DNA of 64,000 nucleotides from sequence record NC_026927.1; one strand, given 5' to 3'. Below, in pieces: positions 38,463-47,574 of this stretch. Within the stretch, counting starts at the first letter, position 1, and every line of letters begins with the position of its first letter. The notes under the pieces are model-generated. The model was not told where the DNA came from, did no database searches, and saw only the letters and a list, made by a program, of their open reading frames with translations. The position numbers and the translations under genes are program-made.

Positions 38463-39059
38463 ATGGCAAGCACAAGATCTCAGGTAGAGGGTCCAGTATT
38501 GAGGACGCTGAGTGACTTTAAAGCTAAAATGACTGGTGGCGGTGCCCGCCCCAATCTATTTGAAGTCGTTCTTCAGTTCCCAATCTCAGCACCTACCGAT
38601 ACCGATACACTACAGAAAACACGTTTCTTAGTTAAGGCAGCTGCACTTCCAGCTTCAAACATTGGTCCCATCGAAGTTCCCTTCCGTGGTCGTGTTTTGA
38701 AACTAGCAGGTGACAGAACCTTCGATACCTGGACTATTACAGTTCTAAACGACACGGATTTCTCAATCCGTTCAGCGTTCGAGAAGTGGATGAACTCCAT
38801 GAATCGTATGGAAGACGCAACTGGTACTCAGGATCCAGCTTTCTATCAGTCAGACGCATATGTCTATCAGTTAGACAGAGATGGTTCAACTCTACGTACC
38901 TATCGTTTCCACGACGTGTTCCCCAATAACCTATCTTCTATGGATCTCAACTATGAGACCACAGATAGCATCCACGAATTCACAGTGGAAATGCAGGTTC
39001 AGTGGTGGGAAGCAATCAGAGGAACCGGACGTAATGCCGGTGGTGAAGATATCTTCTAA
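38463..39059 (+). CDS. gp19: Tail tube protein gp19
   Basis: GGARPNLFEV, LPASNIGPIEVPFRGR.LKLAGDRTFDTWTITV and VYQLDR motifs. Confidence 0.96.
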   Translation: MASTRSQVEGPVLRTLSDFKAKMTGGGARPNLFEVVLQFPISAPTDTDTLQKTRFLVKAAALPASNIGPIEVPFRGRVLKLAGDRTFDTWTITVLNDTDFSIRSAFEKWMNSMNRMEDATGTQDPAFYQSDAYVYQLDRDGSTLRTYRFHDVFPNNLSSMDLNYETTDSIHEFTVEMQVQWWEAIRGTGRNAGGEDIF

Positions 39060-39073
39060 ACCTAGTTCAGTAC

Positions 39074-39105
39074 AAGAGACCTCCTCAAAAAGGGGGTCTT
39101 TTTTT
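39074..39105 (+). terminator. Rho-independent terminator after gp19
   Basis: Hairpin AAGAGACCTCCT-caaaa-AGGGGGTCTTTT running into a T tract. Confidence 0.8.
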
Positions 39106-39110
39106 ATGCG

Positions 39111-39117
39111 CTAAATA
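39111..39117 (+). promoter_or_regulatory. Late promoter-like motif CTAAATA for gp20
   Basis: Immediately after the gp19 terminator and 50 nt before the portal ATG. Confidence 0.6.
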
Positions 39118-39167
39118 TATTCACGGGTCGTACCCATACATGTTATTATAGGAAGAAAATACTCGTT

Positions 39168-40928
39168 ATGGGAAGGTTATTCGGTTTTTCAATTGAAGAA
39201 GACGACATCCAACGCCCTGGATCGATAAGTCCGGTTCCCGAAAATAACCAGGATGGTGTAGATTACTATGCCTCTGGTGGTGCGTTTGGTTCTTCTTACG
39301 TTGATATTGAAGGTGTATTTAGAACAGAGTATGATCTGATTCGTAGATACAGAGAAATGGCACTCTACCCCGAAGTGGATTGTGCGGTAGAAGATATTGT
39401 CAATGAAGCAATTGTTAGTGACCTATATGAATCACCAGTTCAGATTGAACTCAGTAATGTAGATGCTAGTGAGAAAGTAAAGAATATTATTCGTGATGAG
39501 TTCAAATACATCAAGGAGATGTTGGACTTTGATAAGAGAGCACACGAGATTTTCCGTAACTGGTATATCGACGGTCGTATGCACTACCTAAAGGTTATCG
39601 ACTTCGAGAGACCCCAAGATGGTATTATGGATCTACGATATATTGATCCTATGAAGATCAAGTTTGTTCGTAAGATCAATAATAAAGCACAAAATAGTCC
39701 CATTGCAAGTAAGGTACTAACACTAAACAATACTGGAGCACAGATTCCTAACGGTAGAAACGATGCTTTCAGTGCTGGTATTGATGAGTATTATGTTTAT
39801 ACTCCTGGTGCATCTACTGGTGGTTGTGGAACTGCGGGTATGGCAGTTGGTAACTCAGCACAATCATCTATCAAGATTGCTAAAGATTCAATTGCCTACT
39901 GTAACTCTGGTCTAGTTGATAGAAACGCACAGACAGTTTTATCCTGGATTCACAAGGCAATCAAAGCGGCCAATCAACTCCGTATGATTGAAGACTCTAT
40001 TGTTATCTACAGACTATCAAGAGCACCAGAAAGAAGAATCTTCTATATTGATGTTGGTAATCTACCCAAAGTAAAGGCAGAGCAATACCTACACCAGGTG
40101 ATGCAGAGATATAGAAATAAGATGACGTATAACGCATCTACTGGTGAGATGAAGAGTGATAAGAAAGTACTTTCTATGTTGGAAGACTTCTGGTTGCCTA
40201 GAAGGGAAGGTGGTAGAGGAACAGAAATCTCTACACTTCCCGGTGGTCAGAACCTAGGTGAGATCAGTGACCTAGAGTATTTTAGGAATAGACTATATGA
40301 TTCCCTAAACGTACCTCGTTCCAGACAACCTGGTTCCAGCGATGGTTTTAGTTTGGGACGTTCCAGTGAAATTCTAAGGGATGAAGTTAAGTTCTCCAAG
40401 TTCGTAGCTAGACTCCGTAAGAGATTTGCTGGTCTATTCAATGATATCCTAAAGACTCAACTGATTCTCAAGAATATCATTACTCCCGAAGATTGGGAGA
40501 TGTTAAAGGATAACATCCAGTATGATTTCCTCTATGACAACCATTTTGCCGAACTCAAAGATACTGAACTTATGCAGGAGAGATTCAATCTCCTAGCACA
40601 GGCAGAACCTTATATCGGTAAGTATTATTCTCAACAGTATATCAGAACTAAAATCCTCCGTCAAACTGACGGTGAGATGGTAGAGGAAGATAAGCAGATT
40701 GAGAAAGAGATTGAGAGTGGGGCTATTCCAGATCCCGCTCTTATTGATCCCATTACTGGGGAACAAATGATTCCTGGTGGTGAATCTCCACCTGTTCCAG
40801 GAGAAGATCAACCTCAAGATGGTGTTGGTGGTAAAGCTGAAATGGGAGCCCCTATTCAAGATAATGATGTAAAGGTTAACATTGATCGGTCTACCAAAAT
40901 GCCTGAAAAGGGATTAGGTGAAATCTAA
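39168..40928 (+). CDS. gp20: Portal protein gp20
   Basis: MGRLFGFSI, WYIDGR, IYRLSRAPERRIFYIDVGNLPKVKAEQYL and EDFWLPRREGGRGTEISTLPGGQNLG motifs. Confidence 0.97.
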   Translation: MGRLFGFSIEEDDIQRPGSISPVPENNQDGVDYYASGGAFGSSYVDIEGVFRTEYDLIRRYREMALYPEVDCAVEDIVNEAIVSDLYESPVQIELSNVDASEKVKNIIRDEFKYIKEMLDFDKRAHEIFRNWYIDGRMHYLKVIDFERPQDGIMDLRYIDPMKIKFVRKINNKAQNSPIASKVLTLNNTGAQIPNGRNDAFSAGIDEYYVYTPGASTGGCGTAGMAVGNSAQSSIKIAKDSIAYCNSGLVDRNAQTVLSWIHKAIKAANQLRMIEDSIVIYRLSRAPERRIFYIDVGNLPKVKAEQYLHQVMQRYRNKMTYNASTGEMKSDKKVLSMLEDFWLPRREGGRGTEISTLPGGQNLGEISDLEYFRNRLYDSLNVPRSRQPGSSDGFSLGRSSEILRDEVKFSKFVARLRKRFAGLFNDILKTQLILKNIITPEDWEMLKDNIQYDFLYDNHFAELKDTELMQERFNLLAQAEPYIGKYYSQQYIRTKILRQTDGEMVEEDKQIEKEIESGAIPDPALIDPITGEQMIPGGESPPVPGEDQPQDGVGGKAEMGAPIQDNDVKVNIDRSTKMPEKGLGEI

Positions 40929-40959
40929 ACCTAATAAATAAAACATATATCTTTTTATT

Positions 40960-41187
40960 ATGGAAATCGACACATCGGTTGTGGATGCCATTGTGAGTGG
41001 TGAAACACCCGCAGGTATTACACAATCCATTAAGGATCTTCTGTATGCAAAAGCAAGCGAAAGGGTTGATACCTATCGTGATGTAGTAGCAGACAGAATG
41101 TTTGGTGGTTCCGAAGTTCCCGAAGGGGAAACAGAAGAACCAGTAGCCGAACTTGAGAGTGATGAGGAAGGGGTAGAAGAAGAGTGA
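40960..41187 (+). CDS. Small acidic prohead core-like protein (gp67-like position)
   Basis: 75 aa with a very acidic C-terminus, between gp20 and gp21; AATAAATA at 40933-40940. Confidence 0.55.
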   Translation: MEIDTSVVDAIVSGETPAGITQSIKDLLYAKASERVDTYRDVVADRMFGGSEVPEGETEEPVAELESDEEGVEEE

Positions 41188-41441
41188 TTAAGATTGTATT
41201 CTCCGAGGTTGATAGTCCAACGGACTCTGACCAGGCAATCAGTCTCAACAACTCTAGTGGTGTTAGGGCAATTAATTGTTCTAAAAAACCATATCTACTC
41301 TACCTAATCGATAACATAAGTGGAGAGACTAGATCACTTACATTAGTGAGTAATGAAAGTCTTATCCTCAAAAAACACAGTTACGATAAGGTATATGCTT
41401 CATCGAAAACTGTTCGTATCGCTGGAGTAAGCATCTACTAA
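41184..41441 (+). CDS. Conserved hypothetical protein
   Basis: 85 aa, GTG start, coupled to both neighbours in the head cluster. Confidence 0.55.
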   Translation: MIKIVFSEVDSPTDSDQAISLNNSSGVRAINCSKKPYLLYLIDNISGETRSLTLVSNESLILKKHSYDKVYASSKTVRIAGVSIY

Positions 41442-41442
41442 C

Positions 41443-42093
41443 ATGAAACTAATTACAGAAGAAATTAACAAGGTTGAATTTATTGTCGAAGAAAACAATG
41501 GCAAACAGTCATGTTTTATTGAGGGAAACTTCCTTCAGGGCAATATTAAAAACCGAAATGGTCGTGTCTATAGAACCGAGACACTAGCTCGTGAAGTTGC
41601 TCGTTACAATGAACAGTATGTTCAGAACGGACGAGCTCTCGGTGAACTTGGGCATCCTGATGGACCCACAGTTAACTTGGACCGAGTATCACATAACATT
41701 ATTTCACTTCGTCAAGAGGGGAATAATTTCATAGGTAAGGCAAAACTTCTTGATACTCCTATGGGAAATATCGCTAAGAGCCTTATTGGTGAAGGTGTTA
41801 AACTTGGAGTTTCTTCTCGTGGTGTTGGTTCCATTAGTGAAACGAAGCAAGGATATAAGCTTGTTGGTGAAGACTTTATGTTGGCAACCGCAGCTGATAT
41901 TGTAGCTGATCCTAGTGCCCCAGACGCTTTTGTTCAGGGTATCATGGAAGGAAAAGAGTGGGTTTTTGTTAATGGACTCTTGAGAGAGAGTGACATTAAG
42001 AGCACACAGTCTACAATTGACAAACTAGTTGTCACAAAGGAACTTGAGGAGAAGAAGATTCAACTTTTTCAAGATTTTCTTTCAAATCTATAA
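41443..42093 (+). CDS. gp21: Prohead protease gp21
   Basis: MKLITEE, NRNGRVY, ALGELGHP, VSSRGVGS and DIVADPSAPDAFV motifs. Confidence 0.96.
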   Translation: MKLITEEINKVEFIVEENNGKQSCFIEGNFLQGNIKNRNGRVYRTETLAREVARYNEQYVQNGRALGELGHPDGPTVNLDRVSHNIISLRQEGNNFIGKAKLLDTPMGNIAKSLIGEGVKLGVSSRGVGSISETKQGYKLVGEDFMLATAADIVADPSAPDAFVQGIMEGKEWVFVNGLLRESDIKSTQSTIDKLVVTKELEEKKIQLFQDFLSNL

Positions 42094-42097
42094 ACTC

Positions 42098-42105
42098 TAT
42101 AAATA
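42098..42105 (+). promoter_or_regulatory. Late promoter (TATAAATA) for gp22-gp23
   Basis: Exact consensus upstream of gp22. Confidence 0.75.
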
Positions 42106-42161
42106 AACATAGATTTATATTATATAAATTACACTCGTCGGTAGCAATCTAATTACAAGAC

Positions 42162-43265
42162 ATGGAAAACGTAGTAACGAAAGGTGCTAAGTCGGCTGAG
42201 GCTATGGATAAAGTCTCACCCAGCGTAGTACCCGGACAGTCAATCACCGATCTCGGTGGTCCTACTCCCGAAAACTATACTAATGAGCCTGACGGCTCTG
42301 CGAAGCTTAATGATGCCGGTGGTCCCCTCAAGAAAGTTGAGGATGTGGTCACCAAAGGCGCTAAGAAGTCAGAAGGTATGGAAAAGGCATCCCCAGAACC
42401 ACCATCTGGTGGAACAACTGATGCCCGATCCGCTTCTTCACAAGCTGAGAAAGTAACAACCAAACCCCCCGGTCAAACCACTAAGGAAGAGACTGAGGTA
42501 GAGGAAGAGGAAGTTCTTATTTCAGAAATTGATATTGAAGAAGACGTAACTGCACTTCTAAGTGGTGAGGAGCTCTCTGAAGAATTTCAGAGTAAGGCTC
42601 GTACCATCTTTGAAGCGGCCATCCGTAACAAGGTTGCTATCGCTAAAGAAGAACTCCAAGTAGCATACGAAACTCGCCTAGTTGAAGAACTAGAGCTAGT
42701 ACGTGAGTCAGTCGCTAGTCGAGTTGACGCATACTTAGAGTACGTAGCCGATGAGTGGATGGCTGAAAATGCCATCGCCGTCGAACATGGACTAAGAACT
42801 GAAATGACAGAGAGCTTTATCTCTGGCATGAAGCAACTATTTGACAGTCACTATGTTTCAATCCCTGAAGAGAGATTTGATGTAGTAGAGTCCATGGTTG
42901 AGAAACTTGATGAAATGGAAGAAAAACTCAATGAGCAAATTGAGCGTAACATCACCCTAAACAGCCGTTTAGGTCAAACTGTTGCTGAAGGTATCTTCAT
43001 AGAAGTATCTGAAGGATTAGCTGAAACCCAAAAGGATAAGCTTATCGCCCTTGCTGAAAACGTTGAGTTTGATAGTGAAGCAGGTTATCGTGAGAAACTA
43101 GAGAGTCTCAAGGAATCTTATTTCCCTGGTAGACCCTCAACTATCGCGAGCAGAAACAGTGTAGAGGACCTTACTGAAGAGGTTAACGTTGGTGGGGAAG
43201 CCCGTCAGGTTACCGGTTCAATGGCCGCCTACCTACAGACACTCGATAGAGTTTCTAAAAAGTGA
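42162..43265 (+). CDS. gp22: Prohead scaffold gp22
   Basis: ELSEEFQSKARTIFEAA and VDAYLEYVADEWMAENAIAVEHGLRTEMTESF motifs; acidic coiled coil. Confidence 0.93.
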   Translation: MENVVTKGAKSAEAMDKVSPSVVPGQSITDLGGPTPENYTNEPDGSAKLNDAGGPLKKVEDVVTKGAKKSEGMEKASPEPPSGGTTDARSASSQAEKVTTKPPGQTTKEETEVEEEEVLISEIDIEEDVTALLSGEELSEEFQSKARTIFEAAIRNKVAIAKEELQVAYETRLVEELELVRESVASRVDAYLEYVADEWMAENAIAVEHGLRTEMTESFISGMKQLFDSHYVSIPEERFDVVESMVEKLDEMEEKLNEQIERNITLNSRLGQTVAEGIFIEVSEGLAETQKDKLIALAENVEFDSEAGYREKLESLKESYFPGRPSTIASRNSVEDLTEEVNVGGEARQVTGSMAAYLQTLDRVSKK

Positions 43266-43318
43266 ATTCTAAATTATTAGATCAAACAAAACATTTTTAA
43301 CAATAGGTTTTAAAACAA

Positions 43319-44722
43319 ATGTACAATTCCGCAAACTCCGAATTTCTCCAGGAGAAGTGGGCACCAATCCTCGAGCACGGTGAGTCCATCCAGGACGCAC
43401 ACAAGCGTGCCGTAACTGCCCAACTTCTAGAGAACCAGGAAGTAGCCCTTTCCGAAGAGCGTGCTTTCCTTTCAGAAGCTCCAACAGTAAACACCGACCC
43501 TAACGCAACTGGCAACGCTGGTTTCTCTGGTAATGGTGATCAATCAGTAGCTGGTTTCGATCCAGTACTCATCAGCCTCATCCGTCGTTCAATGCCTAAC
43601 TTGATGGCATACGACCTTTGTGGTGTTCAGCCAATGAACGGTCCTACCGGTCTTATCTTCGCGATGAGAAGCCGTTATGACTCACAGACAGGCGACGAGA
43701 CCTTCTACAACGAAGTCAACTCTGCCTTCTCCGCACAGAACCAGTCCGGTACAGCTACTCAGGGTAACTACTCTGGTCAGGTTGGCGCTGGTAACACAGT
43801 TGGTTTCGGTACAACCGCACAACGTGGTTCTAACCCCTCCATCCTCAACCCCGAGCCCGGTGACCAAGTTGGTTACAACGTAGGCCAGGGTATGTTGACC
43901 CAGGACGCTGAGAACCTTGGCGAAACTGGTACAGAGTTCAATGAGATGGGCTTCTCAATCGAGAAGGTCACCGTAACTGCTAAGTCACGGGCACTCAAGG
44001 CTCAGTACAGCATGGAATTGGCTCAGGATCTCAAAGCGATCCACGGTCTAAACGCCGAAGCTGAACTATCTAACATCCTCGCCTCTGAAATTCTTTCAGA
44101 GATCAACAGAGAAGTTGTTAGAACTATCTACAAGTCAGCTGTATTCGGTGCTCAGAACAACGTAGCCACTCCTGGTGTATTTGACCTAGACGTTGATTCC
44201 AACGGTAGATGGTCAGTTGAGAAGTTCAAAGGACTTATCTTCCAGATCGAAAGAGACGCTAACGCGATCGCGCAACAAACTCGTAGAGGAAAGGGTAACT
44301 TCATCCTTTGTTCCGCGGATGTTGCTTCAGCTCTAACCATGGCTGGTGTACTTGACTACACCCCAGCACTCAACGCTAACCTTAACGTTGATGACACCGG
44401 TAACACCTTCGCTGGTGTTCTACAAGGTAAGTATAGAGTCTACATTGACCCATACGCAGCTAACGTCAGCAACAACCAGTACTATGTCGCTGGTTACAAA
44501 GGTTCCTCACCTTATGACGCTGGTCTCTTTTATTGCCCCTACGTGCCATTGCAGATGGTCCGTTCAGTTGGACAGGACACCTTCCAGCCACGTATCGGAT
44601 TCAAGACCCGTTACGGAATGGTCGCAAACCCATTCGCAGAAGGTCTTGAAGCTGGCTATGGCCGCATCACTCCTAACTCCAACGTCTACTACAGACGCGT
44701 ACAAGTCAAAAATCTTATGTGA
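43319..44722 (+). CDS. gp23: Major capsid protein gp23
   Basis: EKWAPIL, DPVLISLIRRSMPNL.AYDLCGVQPM.GPTGLIFAMRS, KSRALKA.YS.ELAQDLKAIHG, YCPYVPL and GFKTRYG motifs. Confidence 0.98.
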   Translation: MYNSANSEFLQEKWAPILEHGESIQDAHKRAVTAQLLENQEVALSEERAFLSEAPTVNTDPNATGNAGFSGNGDQSVAGFDPVLISLIRRSMPNLMAYDLCGVQPMNGPTGLIFAMRSRYDSQTGDETFYNEVNSAFSAQNQSGTATQGNYSGQVGAGNTVGFGTTAQRGSNPSILNPEPGDQVGYNVGQGMLTQDAENLGETGTEFNEMGFSIEKVTVTAKSRALKAQYSMELAQDLKAIHGLNAEAELSNILASEILSEINREVVRTIYKSAVFGAQNNVATPGVFDLDVDSNGRWSVEKFKGLIFQIERDANAIAQQTRRGKGNFILCSADVASALTMAGVLDYTPALNANLNVDDTGNTFAGVLQGKYRVYIDPYAANVSNNQYYVAGYKGSSPYDAGLFYCPYVPLQMVRSVGQDTFQPRIGFKTRYGMVANPFAEGLEAGYGRITPNSNVYYRRVQVKNLM

Positions 44723-44774
44723 TTCAATAGCTCCGACGAGTTTTATCACATCAGACACAACTTGTGTTATACTT

Positions 44775-44799
44775 GGGGGACTTCGGTCCCCCTTTTTTT
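44775..44799 (+). terminator. Rho-independent terminator after gp23 (cUUCGg tetraloop)
   Basis: GGGGGAC-TTCG-GTCCCCC followed by T7. Confidence 0.9.
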
Positions 44800-44804
44800 G
44801 TGCT

Positions 44805-45164
44805 ATGGATGAGTTTAGTTGGTTTGTAGGTATATACGAGGGAGAGGGTTGCTTCGGCTCCCGTATCTGTAAGAAGAAATATAAAGATAGGGAGTATAGG
44901 AATGCCGGTATCTACCTCACTATCAAGATGACCGATGAGGACACTATTGCCAGAGTTGCAAAGTTCCTAGGTCAGTCCTATGGTGTAGTGGATAGGAAGT
45001 ATTCAGAGAGAACAGGTAGAAAGACCTTATACAGGGTTAGACAGATGGGAGGGGCTAGTAATGGCAAACTATATGACTTAGCCCAAAGGATGCTCCCACA
45101 CCTATCACAGAGGAGACAGGAACAGATCAGAGGACATATTGAGAAGGCTCAGAACCTAATATAA
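44805..45164 (+). mobile_element. Free-standing single-motif LAGLIDADG homing endonuclease-like gene (119 aa)
   Basis: Start re-called at ATG 44805. WFVGIYEGEGCF resembles the LAGLIDADG helix, followed by LTIKMTDEDTIARVAKFLG and an alpha-beta layout. It sits between core genes. Confidence 0.7.
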
Positions 45165-45210
45165 GTGGTGATATCCCTACATCATGTTGCCGGACGCAAA
45201 TACTTAATGT

Positions 45211-45251
45211 TATAAATACTAGGAATACATACCTAGTGTATGTGTTATACT
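45211..45251 (+). promoter_or_regulatory. Late promoter TATAAATA plus extended -10 TGTGTTATACT upstream of the OMP-like gene
   Basis: TATAAATA at 45211-45218; TGTGTTATACT at 45241-45251. Confidence 0.6.
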
Positions 45252-45278
45252 TAACAGTCCGTATTCGGAGAAGAATTA

Positions 45279-45686
45279 ATGAGTCTTAAAATGATTGCGC
45301 TAGCTAGTCTAGCTGCCCCCGCTGCACTACTAGCAGCACCTTCAGCACAAGCTGAAGTAATCTTTGCTGGCGAACCACAAGAACTAAGTGGTTTCTATGT
45401 AACCACCGAAGCCAACTCTGGTTGGACCGGTGATGACTACAGAGGATCCATCATTGATGTTCGCGCTGGTTACGAAGCCGCACTTACAGACACAATCGAC
45501 GCATATGTCGAAGTAGGTCCTGCCTTCCTAATGCCTGATGGTAGTGACAACACAACCGAAGTCGGAGCTGAGGTAGGTGCATCTATTGCCGCCACCGATC
45601 ACCTAGAATTCTACGGAGAATTCGAAGTCATCTCTGGTGATCTTAATGATTATGGCACCAAGTTTGGCGCTACATATCGCTTTTAG
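45279..45686 (+). CDS. Small outer-membrane beta-barrel protein of cyanobacterial type, with signal peptide
   Basis: Sec-type signal peptide ending AQA, alternating amphipathic strands (FYVTTEANSGW, VRAGYE, AYVEVGPA, EFYGEF), and C-terminal ATYRF resembling the BAM beta-signal. Confidence 0.75.
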   Translation: MSLKMIALASLAAPAALLAAPSAQAEVIFAGEPQELSGFYVTTEANSGWTGDDYRGSIIDVRAGYEAALTDTIDAYVEVGPAFLMPDGSDNTTEVGAEVGASIAATDHLEFYGEFEVISGDLNDYGTKFGATYRF

Positions 45687-45723
45687 TGTTATAATGTAAG
45701 TAGCTTGGGAAGCTGAGTTACTC

Positions 45724-45751
45724 ACCCCTACCCAAGCGGTGGGGGTTTTTT
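45724..45751 (+). terminator. Rho-independent terminator after the OMP-like gene
   Basis: ACCCCTACC-caagc-GGTGGGGGT followed by a T tract. Confidence 0.8.
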
Positions 45752-45770
45752 ATTGCCTAGATAAACAACT

Positions 45771-46031
45771 ATGAACGGATCATTAGACCCAGACGAAAGA
45801 GTGTTGAGTGCTAACTCCAAACTATCAGAAGTACCAGTATCCCTACAAAGGGCTATTGATATTCTTGGTTGGAATGATATAGACGACATTCGTGTAGAGA
45901 TTGGTGGATGTGCTACTAGTGGTATTCACCAGAAAGAAGACGCAAACCCAAAGTGGTCTCGTGAATTTGGTGATACTGTCTATAACAAGGACGCGTTTAT
46001 TGTTATCAAAAATAGAAGCAGAAGTCAATGA
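45771..46031 (+). CDS. Conserved cyanophage hypothetical protein
   Basis: GSLDPDERV and YNKDAFIVIKN motifs; coupled to gp3. Confidence 0.6.
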   Translation: MNGSLDPDERVLSANSKLSEVPVSLQRAIDILGWNDIDDIRVEIGGCATSGIHQKEDANPKWSREFGDTVYNKDAFIVIKNRSRSQ

Positions 46032-46609
46032 CCAACATCTACTACAAACAACTAGATAATAGAAACTTTATGAGTCCTATTGGATTCCAGTTTTCTATTG
46101 CTAGATATCCTAAAGTTTCTTTCTTTAGTAATAAAGCAGGACTACCTGAGATTCGTTTGGGTGGGGCAGAACAAGCCAACTATCTAAAACAGATTATGCA
46201 CCCTGGAGACAGGGTAGAGTATGGTGAACTCAATATTGAGTTCCTAGTTGACGAAGATATGTTGAACTATACTCTCATTCATAACTGGATTACTGGATTG
46301 GGATTCCCAGAGACTCCCCAACAATTCAAAGATATCACCACCAATCAAAAAGGTGAAGATGATATGAAGATCCAGTATAGTGATGGAACACTTGCTATTT
46401 TGAATAGTAACTATAATACTATTGCGAAAGTTAAGTTCTGGGATCTATATCCCACTTCACTATCAACTCTTGAGTTCTCTGCTACAGATGCTGATATCAA
46501 TTACTTCATTGCAAGTACAACATTCAGTTTCTTGTACTATCAGATCTTGGGTAAGGATAATGAACCCCTAACTCCTGAATTTGTAAACCAATCATTGAAT
46601 ACTCGATGA
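46028..46609 (+). CDS. gp3: Tail tube terminator / completion protein gp3
   Basis: NFMSPIGFQFSI, FLVDEDMLNY..IHNWITGLGFP and SDGTLAILNSN motifs; conserved position before uvsY. Confidence 0.88.
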   Translation: MTNIYYKQLDNRNFMSPIGFQFSIARYPKVSFFSNKAGLPEIRLGGAEQANYLKQIMHPGDRVEYGELNIEFLVDEDMLNYTLIHNWITGLGFPETPQQFKDITTNQKGEDDMKIQYSDGTLAILNSNYNTIAKVKFWDLYPTSLSTLEFSATDADINYFIASTTFSFLYYQILGKDNEPLTPEFVNQSLNTR

Positions 46610-47040
46610 ACCTTGATGAACTTCAATCCATGTGGGAGCGTGACTCCAAGATGGATATGGATAACTTACACGATGAATCACTAAAGATACCCCAACTTCA
46701 CCAGAAATACTTTACCCTGTATACCACTACCAAACTTCTAAAGAAGAAGGCAGAGGATACTATCAGTAAGGTGAGGTTGGAACGCCACAACTACTATAGT
46801 GGCAAAGCCCCCGCAGAGGTATATGTGGAGGAACCCTTTCCATATAAGGTAAGGGACAAAGAATCTATGAACCTACACCTGAACGCAGATGAAAAACTGA
46901 CGAAGGTGAAGTTGAAAATACAGTATTACGAAATGATGTTGGAGTATCTTGAGGATGTCCTCAGGATGATTCATGCACGTGGATACCAAATTAAAAACAG
47001 TATAGATTTCCTCCGGTTCCAGAGTGGTCAGGGTTTCTAA
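46606..47040 (+). CDS. uvsY: Recombination mediator UvsY
   Basis: DNLHDESLKIPQLHQKY, YYSGKAPAEVY and RGYQIKNSIDF motifs. Confidence 0.88.
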   Translation: MNLDELQSMWERDSKMDMDNLHDESLKIPQLHQKYFTLYTTTKLLKKKAEDTISKVRLERHNYYSGKAPAEVYVEEPFPYKVRDKESMNLHLNADEKLTKVKLKIQYYEMMLEYLEDVLRMIHARGYQIKNSIDFLRFQSGQGF

Positions 47041-47062
47041 TAAATACGTGTTATAATACACT

Positions 47063-47569
47063 ATGGGAAAGTATTACACCTACGCATATCTCCGTAAAGA
47101 CAACACCCCCTACTATATTGGTAAGGGGTGCGGTGACAGGATAGACGACTGCATGCACGCTCTAAAACTACCACCAAAGAATAAGAGAGTGTATTTAGAA
47201 GAAAACCTTACAGAGGAAGAAGCATACCAGCACGAGATTGCTATGATTGCCTTCTATGGTAGGAAAGATACTGGCACAGGGATACTACGAAATCTAACTG
47301 ATGGCGGCGATTCTCCACCAAGTTGGTTGGGTAAGAACCACACAGAAGAAAGTAGGAAGAAGATGAGTAGGAAGAAGATGGGAAATACTAACAGATTGGG
47401 TCACAGACTCCCCCCAGAGAGACTGAAACCTAAGAAAGAGTATATACCTGTTACTAACAACAAAGCAAAGAAAGTAGGTGTGGAGAGAACGGAGGCACAA
47501 AAGATTGCCGCCGAAAAACATTCACAACGAATGAAACTATATTATGCTAACAAAAGGAAACAAGCATAA
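47063..47569 (+). mobile_element. Free-standing GIY-YIG homing endonuclease (Seg-like) with a NUMOD3-type basic tail
   Basis: YTYAYL...YYIGKG..DR, AYQHEIAMI (catalytic Glu candidate), LRNLTDGG, then GKNHTEESRKKMS. Inserted between uvsY and uvsW. Confidence 0.85.
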
Positions 47570-47574
47570 CAACT

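Noticed and set aside
34512-44722. Introns or inteins in terminase, portal or capsid genes
   Set aside because: All are uninterrupted, of normal length, and lack intein splice motifs.
44346-44804. ORF-track 272-aa ORF overlapping the 3' end of gp23, suggesting a capsid-nuclease frameshift fusion
   Set aside because: The upstream 153 codons are the +1 shadow frame of gp23, which is also open at 43677-43883, and they cross a strong terminator. Only the part from ATG 44805 looks like a real domain, and I saw no slippery site.
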